From NCBI RefSeq assembly GCF_009914755.1, contig NC_060931.1: DNA of 64,000 nt; one strand, 5' to 3'. How positions within the stretch are numbered: the first letter of the stretch is position 1; each line of letters opens with the position of its first letter. Positions 33,854 to 52,383 of the stretch are shown in pieces. The position numbers and the translations under genes are program-made. Origin of the DNA: the human T2T-CHM13v2.0 reference genome, Homo sapiens. The notes under the pieces were generated by a model that saw only the letters and a list, made by a program, of their open reading frames with translations, was not told the origin of the DNA and ran no database searches.

Positions 33854-35038
33854 TTTTTTAATTTCTTTTTTAAAAGGGTATTAAAATGTATTTAATAATT
33901 TATCAATAAAGGTCTTGCACACCTATTGTTAGATTTATTCTTAGATACTTTCTAATTTGATTTGCTATTGTAAATTACATTTACAAAAATTAAATGTTCT
34001 AACTTTGATAGTGGTATATAGATTATAATTAAATTTTGTATAATAATTTTTCATCCCAGAAGTTTGTTAAATTCGCTTACAAATTTTAATTAATTTTAAA
34101 ATCATCTTGGGCCTTCTATGTGGACATCATATTATTTTGGAATAATTACAGTTTTATACTTCAAATAAAATACTGAATAGAACAATGAGAGTAGTATCCG
34201 TACCTTGTTCCTGATTTTAAAAATAAATACTTCTATTTCACTGTAAGTATAAGGTTTTTGGTAGCTATTAAGATCCCTCCTATTTCTAGATTAGTAAGTT
34301 CCTAATGCATTTTTAAGCAAAAGATTGCCTCTACTGAGTTAATGATGTAGTTTTTCTATCTTCTTCTGTTAATGTGATTTCTTGTATGAGTAGCTATTCT
34401 GGTATTAAATTTTCCTTGCCCTCGTGAGATAAATCTTACATGGCCTTAATTATACTATTATTATTTTAAACATGATTTGATTCTGTTTGTTAAAAATTTT
34501 TGTTTAACATTTTTTACATCTATTTTTCATAAACAAGGCTGGCCTGAAATGTTTCTTTCTTATACTATCTTTGTCTGATTTTGGAATCAAAATTTTTAAA
34601 GCCTCATACATTGCTGTGTTTTCTTCTTTTTTTCCTTCTCTGAAACAATTTGAATAAGATTGCATTTTTTTCTTGAGGTTTTGGTAGAATATACTTGTAA
34701 GATGATATGGCCCAGAAAGCCGTCTTCCCCCTCTTCCTGCAAATGAGTTTTTAACTATTGATTTAATTACTTTAATGATTAGTGTCTATTCTATTGTTCT
34801 TGGGTTAGTTTTTCTAGGTTTTGCTAGAAAAGTGGCCATTTTATTTAGGCTTTCAATTTTGTGGTTATAGAGTTTTCATCCTTTCTTATTATCTAATATA
34901 TGCATTTAAGACTACAGATTTTCCTCTGGTATAGTTTCTGAAGTTTTGACTTGTAGTGTTCTCATTGTAAAAATATTTTCATTTCCAAATTTTTTCATTT
35001 CAAAATACTTTCTAATTTATGTAATAATTTCTTTTTGA

Positions 35039-35379
<341 letters not shown>

Positions 35380-35400
35380 AACATTTGGTATTTTTTTTAG

Positions 35401-35644
<244 letters not shown>

Positions 35645-35723
35645 ATTAATCACATTTTAATCAGTGAAGATGCTCTATATTATTTCAATATTTTGAGAAT
35701 TATACAAATCTACTTTATGATAA

Positions 35724-36203
<480 letters not shown>

Positions 36204-36347
36204 TGAGAGAAATACGTTAAAATTCCCCATTATGTTTGTGTATTTGTATATTTTTCTTTCTAGATCTGTCAAATTTGCTTTTCATATTGTTTGTGTTATT
36301 AGATGCATACAAGTCTAAAATTGTTATAGTTCTCTCATGAATTGTAC

Positions 36348-36724
<377 letters not shown>

Positions 36725-39700
36725 TGATATTAGTATACCTGCAATAGTTTTTTTTTTTTGGTTAACATTTGTATGCTGTATATTTTTCATTCTTTTCCTT
36801 TTGATATTTATGTAACCTATGTTTTAGAGGTGTATCTTGAAAACAGCCTATAATAGAGTTTAACTGATAATATTTGACTTTTTAGCTGGAGCTTATAATT
36901 CTTTTACATTTATTTTAATTAGCAACATATGTGGATTTATATGGACTCTTATATTTCATGTGTTTTGTCCTACCTGTTTTATGTTTCATTTTTCTCCCTT
37001 CTGGACTTCTTACAGGATGATTTAGCACATCTTCATTTTTTCTTTTTTTAAAATATAACAAACTCCCATGTACCCACACTTGGATTCAACATGGCAAATC
37101 TTGTTTCATTTATAACTTTCTCTCACTTCTCTCTCTTTCTAGATTATTTTGAAAAGAAAAAGACATTGTATCATTTCATTCTTATTTTTTTAGAATGTAT
37201 CTCTATGATAAGAATTCTTTTTTTAAAAAAACGTACGACAACACTGTTATTTCACCTAAAATTTAACAATTCACTAATATTATCAGTATTATTTTTTCTG
37301 GTTCTCTCTCTCTCTCTCTCCTACAATTTCTTCATTTGAATAAGGAGCCAGTAAAGATCCACTAATTCCAAGTCATTCATATGCCCCTTAAATCTCTTTT
37401 ACTCTCTGATTCCCTTCTATCTCTTCTTTTTCTGTGATTGCCGAAGGACTGGGTAGTTTTTTCTGTGGTTTCCCACAGTCTGGACTTTGCCGATTTCATT
37501 CTTATTGTATCAATCAATGTGCTCCTCTCATTCCTATATTACCTGTAAATTAGTAGTTATATCTAGAAGCTTGATTTGAGATTAAGATTTCTTTTCAAGA
37601 ACTCCTGACAGGTTATTTTGCATACTTCCATCAGGCAGCACAAAATATCTCTTTTTGTGATATTAGCTGACATTGATGATCATTACCTAGGTATATTAAT
37701 TCGTTAGGGGCTACACAATATGGCGATATTATAATTCTATTGTTCCTTCTTCCTTCTTCATTTATTAGCAGGAATACCTCTACAAAGAGAAACTTCCCTT
37801 CCTCTCCTATTTGATTATGCTGGAGTACAGTGAGCTAAGACAAATACCTAATTCTTTCCCTTTGTCAGTTTTCTAAATAGCAGTTTGGTTCCCTAGCGTC
37901 CCCTAAAGGTGACCAAGGAATTATGAACCCTGTATGTGTAAACATAGTTGATGTGGGTCAATCTGCTGCCATTATTTTCCTTATTTACATATACATTTTT
38001 CCATCTTTGGCCAGTGTAAACCTCTATGGGTTGGCTCCTGAGTCCTTTTTGACACGAGCCTAGTAGTTTTGATAGCTGCCTTTCTTTCCATATGACAAGA
38101 TGTTTATCCATCTTACGGCATGTCATGCCTTGACTTGGAGTCAGCCATTTCTTCAGGGAGTCCTGGTTTCTTTTAGTGAGAATAGTGTTTGAATCCCACA
38201 ATCTGGGTGCTAGGGTGCTCATTGCCATGGGTTGGTCATTGTTTCTAAGCCTTTTCAGTGAACAGAGTTAGAAAATATGTAACTAAAGAAAAATATATAA
38301 TACATCGTGAGTTTATACTGGTATTTTCAATTCAAGTTGAAATTCAGGATTACAGACTTTCACTTAACCTCCTCCATTCTTCCACACCAAAAATCCTGAT
38401 TTACAACACCCACAAAATTTCTCATTTGATTTCCCCATAAATAGTTTAGAATTTTTTTGTCATTTTTTCCTTGGCCCTGAGCCTATATCCCTCTAGGGTT
38501 GTTCAGTTAAATTATTTGGGTGATTCTTTTGTGTTTGTGTCACCAACTAGATGGCATAAGTTACTTTAGGTTAGGTTCATTTATGTAAATCTGCATTTGA
38601 TTTTTAGGGATTGCTTTATAATTTTCTTATAATTATATAAAGCATTTATATAGTTTCATGTATTCAGCAAAACCTGACTTCTATTCCTGTTACCTCCACA
38701 GTATTTCTTTGCTCCCTTATAGGAAACAATTGAAATATTTTTATATCGTATTTTCCTATTATTTGTTCTTAATATAGGCAAAAATGCGTATATGTTTATA
38801 ACCCCCTAGCTTTTCTTAGATAAAATGATAACATACCATACGTGTTTTTCTCTGCCTAGCCTTTTTCACTTAGCAACATATCCTGGAGATCACTACATAG
38901 GATTATGCCTCTTTGCAGCTGTATAGTAGTCTATTTGTGAATGTACCATAGAATATTTAACTAGTCTTCTGATGATGGATGTTTGGTTTGTTCGGGCTTT
39001 TGCTGTTATAAAGATTGTTACAATGAATAGACTTGTGTATGACTTTTTGTATTTTTACCAATGTCTCTTTGAGATTGATTTCTGAATTAAAGAATGAATA
39101 TATATGTAATTTTGCTAACTATTGACAAATTCACTTCCATAGGGGTGTATGTGAGAATGCCTGTTTCTCCACAGCCTTTCCCATAGGATATATTGTCATA
39201 CTTTTGAGCTTTTGCCAATCTGAAAGGTGAAAAATAGCACCTCAGGGCAGTTTAGTTTGCATTTCTCTTTGTGAGCAAGGCTGCACATCTTTCTAAATGT
39301 TTAATGCCATTTTCCTAGTTTTCATTTTTAAAATTCAGGTAACTCGCATATAGTAACATTCATCCTTTTTAGTTTGTGATTTTGAGTTTTGATAGATGCA
39401 AATTGTTGTATAGCCACCAGTACCTTCAAAATATAGAATCAATTCATCATCCTCCACATTTCCCCTGAGCCTCTTGGAAGTCCAGTCTTCCCCTTCCTCC
39501 TACTACCCACTGATTTTTTTGTTTCTGTAGTTTTGCTTTTTAAAAAACTACTGTATTTGGAATAATACGGTACATAGCATTTTGAGTCTGACTTTTTTTT
39601 CACATAGTGCAATGCATGTGAGATGGGCGTGTGTATCACTGGTTCATTTCTTTTTATTACTGAGCGGTATATCATTGTATAGATTTACCACAGTTTGCTT

Positions 39701-39976
39701 ATCCATCTCCTCGCTGGAAGACATTTAGACAGATTCTAGGTTTTGGATATTATGAATAAAGCTGCTACAAATATTTACATGCAGGTTTTCTTGTATGCAT
39801 TGATTTTCATTTCATCTGGGTGAATACCTGGGTTATATAGGGCAAGAGTATGTTTAACTTCATGAGGAAATGCCAAACTGTTGTCTAAAGTGGCTGTGTC
39901 AGGTTTTTTGATTGTAGGGTGGGAGGTGGGGGGGTTGTCTTTTTGTCATTTTAATAGGTGTGCAGTGGTATGTCAT

Positions 39977-40273
<297 letters not shown>

Positions 40274-40668
40274 TGATGTTGGGCATCTTTTCATGTGTTT
40301 ACCTGCCATTCGTATGTCTTCTTTGGTGAAATGTATGTTTAAATCTTTTGCCCATTAAAAAAATTGGGTTGTTTGATTATTGTTGGGTTTTGAGAACTTT
40401 TCATATATTCTAAATGCAAGTTATTATAAGGCATGTGATTTGCAAATTTCTCCCAGTATGTGGTTTGTATTTTCACTCTTTCATAGAGTGAAAAAATTTT
40501 AAATTTTGGTGAAGTCTGATTTCTTAATTTTCTCTCAAGGATTGTGCTTTTAGTGTTGTAGCTAAGAAATTGTTGCCTAATCTAAGGTCACAGTGATTTT
40601 CTCTAAGTTTTTCTTCTAGAAGTTGTACACTTTCAGCTCTTACATTTACGTTTGTTATCGATTTTTAA

Positions 40669-41004
<336 letters not shown>

Positions 41005-41563
41005 TAATTGTTTACTTTTTCACAGGTAGTATCCACTTGTTCCAGCACCATTTGTTGAAAAGACTGTTCTCTCCATTAAATTACCTTTGCACCTTTGTCA
41101 AAATCAATTTACCTTATATGTGTAGGTCTATTTCTGGGCCCTCTATTTATTCCATATTGATCTATATGTCTATCTTTTCTTCAATACTGCACTGACTTGA
41201 CTGAAGAACTTCATGGGAAGTGTGAAAATCAGGTAACGTTAGTCTTCCAACTTTGCTCTTCTTTTCCAGAATTGTTTTGGCTATTCTAGTTCTTTTGTCT
41301 TTCCATATACATTTTAGAATCAGTTTGTTGATTTATCTAAAAATTATACTGGGATTTTCTTGAAATTATATTAAATCACTAGATTGGTTTGGGGAGAACT
41401 GCCAGGCTACCAATATTGAATCTTCCAATTCATGAACATGATATATCCTCTATTTATTTAGTTGATTTTCTTTCATTTGTAGTTGGTGGTTTTTAGCCTG
41501 CAGATCTTATACATGCAAGATTTATACCTAAGTATCTTATGTGTGGTTGTAAATGGCATTTTA

Positions 41564-41867
<304 letters not shown>

Positions 41868-42517
41868 TTAATTTCTAGTTTCCATTGGTAGTATATACAA
41901 TAGATTGATTTTTTTATACTAGCCTTGTATTCTACAACCTTGACAAACTCACTTATTTCTAGTAGGTTTTTGATAGATTTTTTTCAGGTCATTTTATCCA
42001 AAAATAGTCATATTGTCAGTAAAGAGAGGCAGTTTCTTCCTCTCCAATCTATATGCCTTTATTTATTTTTCTTTTATACTTCTTAGGGCCTCCAGTATAA
42101 TGTTGGATAGGAGTGGTAAGAGTGAATATCTTTGCCTTAATCCTAAACTAGGAGAAAAACCATTTGGTCTTTCACCAATAAAATACGATGTTATAAAGTC
42201 TTTCACCATTATATATGATTCTAGCTGCAGAGTTTTAGCGATGCCATTTATGAGATTGAGATTGAGAAAGTTCATTGTTATTACTAGTTTGCTGATTTTA
42301 AAAATCATAAATGGATGTTGAATCTTGTCAAAGGCTTTTTCTGCGTCTGTTGAAATGATTTAGCCTGTTGATATGGTGAGTTACATTGACTAATTTTGGT
42401 TGCTGAACTATCCTTGCATTTCTTGGATAAATCCACTTGGTTATGATGAGTTATTCTTTTTGTTAATTTTGAACCTGACATGTCATGTTTTGTTAAAGAT
42501 GTTTGAAGCTATATTTA

Positions 42518-43430
<913 letters not shown>

Positions 43431-43444
43431 TCAGCTTTTTTTTA

Positions 43445-43696
43445 GCTTGGCCTCCCAAAGTGCTGGGATTACAGGGAAGAACCACCATGCCTGGCCTGAA
43501 TTCTCTGTTTAGATTTTCTAAATTACTGTTAAATCTACCCCAAGTTTTTAATTCTAACTCATATTATTTATGTATTTATAGAGACAGAGTCTTGCTGTGT
43601 GGCCAGGCTGGTCTCAAACTCCTGGCCTCAAGCGATCCTCCTGCCTCAGCCTCCCAAAGTGCTGAAATTACAGGCATGAGCCACCATGCCCTGCCC
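43445..43696 (-). mobile_element. Alu left-arm fragment (43445-43496) and FLAM-like monomer (43576-43696)
   Basis: gcctcccaaagtgctg...accaccatgcc occurs twice. Confidence 0.8.
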
Positions 43697-43984
43697 AAAT
43701 TCATATTTAATTCTTAAATTTCAAGTTTGTTCATTTTCAAACCTGCCTGGTTGTTTGGTAAATAGTTTCTGTTTGCCTGCAGGGTATTTTTTTTTTTTTT
43801 AATGCTTGCCTTTCATTTCTTTAAAGATAGACTACACAATTGTTTTATAATCTAACCTTATAATTTCAGTGTACAATGAATGCCTTTGCCGATCTGTTTC
43901 TGTTGCATATTGTTTCTGCTATTTTTATTCATGGTGCATTGCTTGCTTTTGTGCTTGGTTATTTTTGACTATCAGCTGAACTTC

Positions 43985-44280
43985 TTTTTTTTTTTTTTTT
44001 TGAGACGGAGTCTCACTCTGTCGCCCAGGCTGGAGGGCAATGGTGCAATCTTGGCTCACTGCAAACTCCACCTCCCAGGTTCAAGCGATTCTCTGCCTTA
44101 GCCTCCCAAGTAGCTGGGATTACAGGTGTGTGCCACCATGCCCGGCTAATTTTGTATTTTTAGTAGAGATGGGATTTCTCCATGTTGGTCAGGCTTGTCT
44201 TGAACTCCCGACATTAAGTGATCCGCCTGCCTCGACATCCCAAAGTGCTGTGATTACAGGCATGAGCCACCGCACCCAGC
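43985..44280 (-). mobile_element. AluS (Sp-like)
   Basis: Full reverse Alu. Confidence 0.94.
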
Positions 44281-44865
44281 TAAGCTGCACATTTTTTATG
44301 GGTACTTATTTGTGGTATTTCTTTGAGGCCTAGGATGAAGGTTCATTTTTGCAGACAGGATTTCATTTATTTCTTCCATATGCTTAAGAACACCACTGAT
44401 ACCAGTTCTCTTTAAGCTGAATTTATAGTTTGAAGTTATTTGGGCCATTCGGAAATCAGACTTATGGTTTCAATTTTTCAGTAATAGGGTTTTTTTTTTT
44501 GTTAGTGTTTTATTCCTGCTCTTCTCTGTACCAAGGCAACTTTTCATGTGGTCCCCTGAGAGTGTGAGGGTGGGCTGGACTTATTTCTATTTAAAGTGTA
44601 TCTTGAGGGTATAGCTTTTTGGGCTCCCAACATTATGGAAAGAGATTCACTATGAGATTCCCCATGTTGGGCAGGCTTTGGACTTTGTCTTTTGTCTCCC
44701 AAGCCTCGTGAAGCTGAGTAAACTTAAGGTTGAAGTTCTTTTTCTTTGGCAAATGCTCTCAGAACAAATGTCACTTAAAGATTCTTGATTTTCTTTGTCA
44801 CATAGATTTTGGTCTGATAATCCCCTAGTTGTCAGCTTTTTGAGGTTTTTAGAAAGAAAATTGTG

Positions 44866-45166
<301 letters not shown>

Positions 45167-45204
45167 TTAAAAAAAATTATCTAGCATTTTTAGCTGTTTT
45201 TTAA

Positions 45205-45603
<399 letters not shown>

Positions 45604-46377
45604 TAAAAACCTTGCTCCTTTTCAGTTTTTGACCCTTTCTTTTATATTACCAATGAATTTGCATTTTTGATTTTATAGTCTGCATTGAATAATTCTATTA
45701 ACTAAAAATCCTATGGGTCAAATTCTGTTATTTGTTGTTTCTTATAACTCCCGTTCACTCTGTCTTCTGTCCTTACGTGTTTTGCAGTTTGGGAGTTCCA
45801 GCTGTCATTTAATGGAGCTTTTTTAGTGGTATTCTGTGCAACGTATCTAAGAGTATATTCCTTCTAGAGATGGTTTACATTTGTTTCTCTCTTGTGCTCA
45901 AGGCATTACTAGAAGGAGCTGCTTTTATGTGGCTTTCTTAATTGTGAGGCTCTGAGACAATGCAGATAGTGTAGAGCAGGCCTGTGGTTATAAATTGTTA
46001 AGAAGATGTTCTTGGCTACCCAGATCCCCAGTCTAGATAGACGGGCTTCTGTGCCACCTCCCTTTGACAGTGCGCATATATATATATTTACTTTGCCTTT
46101 GCACAAAGACCATAAAACTTCAAGGATCATGTTTTTTTAAGGTCTGCCTCCCCATTTTATCCAGTCCCAAGGCTTTGTGTCTCATCCCTATATGGCTATT
46201 CAAACCCAAGCTTCTTTCTTTTTAAAAACTGCTCTGAACACAGCCATTGCCTCAGCACCACTTACCACTCTAGTTTTCAGCTTCCTTTTTTTTTTTCCGT
46301 CTCTAAGAATTTTCTTATGAGATCAGCCATGCATTTAAAGGATTTTTGTTTTACTTTATCCAACATTTCTTTCCTTC

Positions 46378-46684
46378 TTTTTTTTTTTTTTTTTTTTTTT
46401 TTGAGACCGAGTTTCGCTCTTGTTGCCCAGGCTGGAGTGCAATGGTGGATCTTGGCTCACCGCAACCTCCACCTCCCCGGTTCAAGTGATTGTCCTGCCT
46501 CAGCCTTCCTGAGTAGCTGGGATTACAGGCATGTGTCACCATTCCTGGATAATTTTGTATTTTTGGTAGAGATGGGGTTTCTCCATGTTGGTCAGGCTGT
46601 TCTCGAACTCCCGACCTCAGATGATCTGCCCATCTTGGACTCCCAAAGTGCTAGGATTATAGGCATGAGCCATCGTGCCTGGCC
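46378..46684 (-). mobile_element. AluSp
   Basis: gagtttcgctcttgttgccc, ctcaccgcaacc; TSD aacatttctt. Confidence 0.94.
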
Positions 46685-47046
46685 AACATTTCTTAGTATT
46701 TGGTAATAGGAGGCTATTTCTTCTGCCACATTGCTAAAAACTAAAGTCAATTCATTGATTTTTTAGGAAGAATCTACATGGTGTCCAATATCTGGTTTGA
46801 ATACGCATAAAAAGAAAGTTTTAACTGACGTTTCTGAAGACTGAAAATAGTGAAGGCAAGGACGTTGTCGTATTTGTCTATTTCTCATGCATAGATACAA
46901 AGTGCTAATCATTGTTAAAGAGTAAGAATACATTGATCTAGAGCATATGAATTGCTGTTCCTTCAAGCCTGCACTCGCTTCTGAACAACAATAAGTAAAA
47001 TGTCTCAGCCAATCTAAAAATTGTTCTCAAGCAGACATCTGATTAG

Positions 47047-47370
<324 letters not shown>

Positions 47371-48472
47371 TGAATGCTTTTGCTTTTCCAGGATAAAAAT
47401 AGGTGGCTAGGATAAAAAGCAAGTGGATAGCAAGGCCGTTTCCTTCTATTTTGGTGACTTCTGACCTGGGTTGAGTCTACACGCAGACATTTTTATTCCA
47501 TACTTGTTTGTAGGCTGGATACTGCCCAATGTAGTGTGATTATATTGAATGATGTTGATAACAATGTCTGATCCCTCCTCTCCCACGTGCATGAACACAC
47601 ATATACACACGTACACATGCATTAGAAGTGCACTACCCCTCTAGGTAAATGATTACAGCTATCCATAGGAGTTTGTATGCCCAGAAGGAGAGCCTTGCTG
47701 GGTGTGAAAGGCCTTGGGAAGTGGACACTCTTGTAACTTGCTGTCCACCTGCAGCCTCCTTCTGTGGGGTTCCCATTCTCATCAAGCAGAGCATGGCTGC
47801 ATCCCAGAGCTTCCCATACAGAGGCTCTGCCAAGGCTTACTGATAAATTACCAGCCAATGTCGGAGTTAATCAGAGAGTTCCAAGGCAGCTAGAGTGGGG
47901 ATTTGAGAGAAAACAGAGCGAGTGGCTGCCAGCTTCAACCCACTACCTACATTTCCTTTCTAGGATGCTCAGGATATGATGTTCAGGCAGCTTCTTTATG
48001 GGATGGTGTTGACTGCACACTCTCCTTGGGCAATTCAAGAAGCAGCAACCAGGGGATGGAGAGATGGGAAGGGGAGGCAGGAAAGGTCGTGGATGGCCTT
48101 AGAGCTGAGGATAGGAGCAAAATGACACAAAGTTTACTCTATGGATGGTGGTGTTGAGAGTGGGCGTGGGGAGGCTACTGCTGATGCAGACAGATGGACT
48201 CTTGGGACCTGGGGCTTATGGTGTCTGTATATTTGCATTTGGGGCTTTAGAGAGGAGTTTAAACTAGTGCAAATGGATGTGGCATTGACTGTCTGACAAT
48301 AGGAGGCCGCAGACTCATTCCCTATAGTCTAGTCTTCTAAATAGATAGGCACGCCGACCACACATCATGCCTTATACTGCAAATGTTAGTTGTGACTCTG
48401 AAGAGGAGCTAGTCAGAATGCTAAACTATGTTCTGCCCTGCCAGATTCTGTGGGCAGATATATGTTGACTAT

Positions 48473-48829
48473 TGCGTTAGTCTGTTCTCACACTGCTATA
48501 AAGAAATACTTGATACTGGGTAATTTATAAAGAAAAGAGGTTTCATTGACTCACAGTTCCACATGGCTGGGGAGGCCTCAGGAAACTTACAGTCATGGTG
48601 GAAGGCACTTCTTCGCAGGGCAGCAGGAGAGAGAATGGGACCCACGCGAAGGGGGAAGCCCCTTATAAAACCATCAGATTTCCCGAGAACTCATTGACTA
48701 TCACAAGAACAGCATGGGGGAACTTGCTCCCATGATTCAGTTATCTCCATCTGGTCCTGCCCTTGACATGTGGGGATTATTACAATTCAAAGTGAGATTT
48801 GGGTGGGGACACAGAGCCAAACCATATCA
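48473..48829 (-). mobile_element. THE1D-like solo LTR
   Basis: tgcgttagtctgttctc...ggacacagagccaaaccatatca with 5-bp TSD actat. Confidence 0.93.
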
Positions 48830-49699
48830 ACTATATAACACACAAATATGCACTATGTTATGATTTGGCCCTAAAGCTCTATGTATAATCCCAGGTTCTA
48901 CTAAAGCAACTTAGACCACATACAGAGGAGTAGGTCCCCTGGCATCCAGCCAGGCTTCTTTTCCCTTGGCCCCACCTCAGTTCTTGTTTAGGGAGTGGGG
49001 CATGGAAAAAGGGGTGGGAGGAAGTCCTTGGCCCATTTTACTGTAACAGCTCTCTTGGGAGGTCAAGAAACAAGAAGGTGCACATAACACTTAAAGGAAA
49101 GGCCAAGAGGCTCAGACCCTCACCTTCCAGAGTGATGAGAGTCAGAATTTCCCATGTCAGTACTTTACCTTTCCTGTGTCTCTCCTTCCCATCACATTGG
49201 CCTGATAGTGTCTTTGGTCTCAGTCTAGATTGTTGGTCCTTGAGATGGAGGCAGAGAGGAGAGTCTTGAGCTCCCTTCAGGGTTGGAGTAAACCGAGAAC
49301 AGAGACCTGAGCACTTCCTTAAGGAAAGTGGTGGGGTCCCCTTTCCTCTCTGTACTGCTCTCCTGCTTTCTTGGAATCACTGGCCAAGTGTCCCCATGGC
49401 TGGACATTCTTTCCCTAGAACATCTCATCTCCCTGCCTTGGGCTCTCCTTCACTTACTATTACTTGGACTCCTGCCAGAGGTTGTTGTTCCCCTGGGATA
49501 CAGAGCTGCCTGCTGGACAGACCCTTTCCTCCCGACCCCTATAGCAGAAGCCCTCCTCCATTCTCTATTCTGCCCTATCGAAAGGATTTAGTGTTAGGAC
49601 CTGGATGCTCCCACTTTGCATGGCTACCTGCAAATGACTGTCCATGCCCAGGCAATTCCTGAGATGTGACACCTACCATGCAGGATCCCTTTGGCTACT

Positions 49700-50590
49700 G
49701 AGTGATGAACTGACTGTAGGGGCAGGGGTGAATGCAAAGAGCCCATTTATGAGGCCATCACAATGATCCAGGTGAGAGAAGGTGGTAGGTTGGTTCAGGA
49801 TCACAGTGGTGGGGTGGAGCTCACTGGCTGCATACTTTTTCTTTTTCTTTTTTTTTTTTTTGAGACAGGGTCTTGCCCTTGCTCTGTTGCCCAGGCTAGA
49901 GTGCAGTAGTGCGATCACAGCACACTGCAGCCTCCACCTCCTTGCAGGTGACTGGATTCTGAATATATTCTGTAGGTAGCATCAGTGGGATTTATTAACA
50001 TCTTGGATATAGGATATGTGAAAAGAGACCAGTCAAGAATGACTTCAAGATTTGAGACCTGGGCAGCTGAAAGGATTGTATTGCCATTAACTGAGATGGG
50101 GAGTTTCTATGGGGAGTGAATTTATGAAGATTATTAGTTCAGTTTTGAATTTGTTAAATTTGACTTTATATATGTTACAGATCGTTTTATATATTATTTA
50201 AAATATATCATATATAAAATATATCATATATTATGTAATATACAAATATATAATATATACATATAATATATGCATACATATATGCATATATGTACATATA
50301 ATACACGTATGCATACATGCATATATGTACATATATGCATGCATATATATGTACATATATACATGTATGTATATATACACATATACATATAATATATTAT
50401 ATATGATATATTTTATATATATCTATCTCCATATGGAAATGCTGAGTAGACATTTGGGTAGTGTCCAAGTTCTGAGACAACACTTGGGCTAAGCCGTTTG
50501 TGTGGGAGTCATCAGTGGGTATAGATGGAAAAGAGAAGTCGTGCAAGGACTGAGCCCTGGGACACTCTAACCTTAAGAGGTTGGGGAGAT
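49700..50590 (-). mobile_element. L2 fragment, interrupted by an Alu piece (49836-49940) and an AT-rich repeat
   Basis: gtcaagaatgacttcaagatttgagacctgggcagctg...gccattaactgagatggg; aggactgagccctgggacactc. Confidence 0.7.
50165..50422. repeat. AT-rich (TA/CATA/TGTA) low-complexity repeat with palindromic symmetry
   Basis: 50210-50231 is the exact reverse complement of 50399-50420. Confidence 0.9.
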
Positions 50591-52344
50591 AAGACTTTGC
50601 TAACTTATGTCCTTATTATGTATCTTTTTCCATCTCCCACTAGGATGCAATTCTGTGACAGTAGTGACCTTGTCTTTGTCTGTCTTGTGGCCCAGCACTA
50701 GCTATTCAATAAAAAATTGTAGAATGAATGAAGACAAAGATGTATACCACCTATGTGATCTCTGATGCTGGAGGGGACATGGCAGACTTGTCCACTTGGG
50801 TGCCACCTATTTACATGCAGTCAGTTCTTTGGTCAGAGGTTGGTGTGCGTCGTCAGAAAGAATTCTGACACTACCCCTGCCCCTCTTGTACCTTGAAGCT
50901 GCTTCTTGGGGGCTGGAAGATGAAGGAGGGGCTGCTGAGAGGAGCCAGGAGCCACAGCTTTTGAAGGTGGCAGCCTACACATCCCTGTGAAGTGACTCTG
51001 GGGGATGGGGTCTCTCTCTGGGCAAACTCATCTTCCTGCTGTGATTCTCTTCATGCCTGTGTTGAAGGCACAGGAAATGCTCTAATCCTGTTATCCTTGA
51101 GCTTTCCAGTCCAGGAGTCTAAAATCCAATTCCCCCAAAACATGAACAAACATAATGGAGGCAGATGACAGAGGAAATGCCAGAAGGCTTGGGTGTCATC
51201 ACGAGCTGATGGAGCCCAGCTCAAATGAGCTCATCCCTGACGATGAACTTGGGAAAGGCTAGGCTCTGCGTCAGGCCTTCCCACCCCCATATCCTGCTGT
51301 CCTTTTTCCGGGCTAATTGCTTTGTCTCCCATCAGGCCCAAGTGTGCCCCATTCATCTGTGCATACCCCTTTAATTCCATACCCTCCCTAGCCCCCATAT
51401 ATCAGAGGCCCTTCCTAGACAGAGGGTCAGCTTGTCAAGTAGAACTTCTTACGACTGATGTTTTGCATTCTTGGACTTCTTGGCTTGTCCTCATTCTTGG
51501 CAAAGTCTTCCTTTCTTGGTGCTATTTCCACCTGCAATCTCCAGGTGCAGAGAGCTGGGCATGGCTCCAAGGGTATTGACCAGCTGACCCAATGTCTATT
51601 CACCAGCCTTCTGTCTCTGAGGGTCTGTCTGGAGCTGTTCTTGTGGTCACAGCCTGTATCTGCCTTCTCCTGACTTTCTCATAGAAAGTTATGATGACAT
51701 GATTTCAGACTGATCATTTCAAATGCAACAAGCGCTTGCAAGCTTAAGCATCGATAGCATGCAGACTCTTCAGAATAATAACATAATTTAAGGGGGTGCT
51801 CTGATGGGGAAGATAGGTAACATTTTAACTAGAAAATTAAAAGTCACCCACAATTGCATGACCTAGAGATAGCCATGGTAAACCCTTAGGTGTGTTTCCT
51901 TCCAGGTTTTTCCATGCATATTTATAAAGCATTGCTGTGATCATACCGCTGGGTCTACCCAGTCGGCTTCCAGGTGGGCATTTCAGATGCACAGGAGAGA
52001 TGCATCATCCTGCATGTGTCTTTTGCAGAAGAGCTTCGGCTCTGTGAGCATTGGTCCAGCTCCCCAAAGCCAGCCTGATCCCATATCAGACCAGTCCTGT
52101 TTCTTCTGCTGTGCTAAGAAATTGGCATTTTCTTTGGGTTTCATAGCTTCAAGCCCTAATCCAAGCTGAGCTGTTCTTGCATTCCCTTGCTCCAGAGAAG
52201 GTGGTAGTTCCTCAGTTTTTCAATTTTATTTTGAGCTCAGCAGCAGCTGCTCATTGACCTGGCCGTGAGCAGCAAAGACTGCCTACGTTCCACCTTTTAG
52301 GGAGTGGAACAGCTAACTACCCCCTCTCTCTGTCTCCTGGATGT

Positions 52345-52383
52345 CCCACCCTTCTTTTTTTTTTTTTTTCCCACCCTTCTTTT
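52345..52383 (-). mobile_element. Tail-only poly(A) retro-insertion
   Basis: cccacccttc + T15 + cccacccttcttttga. Confidence 0.65.
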
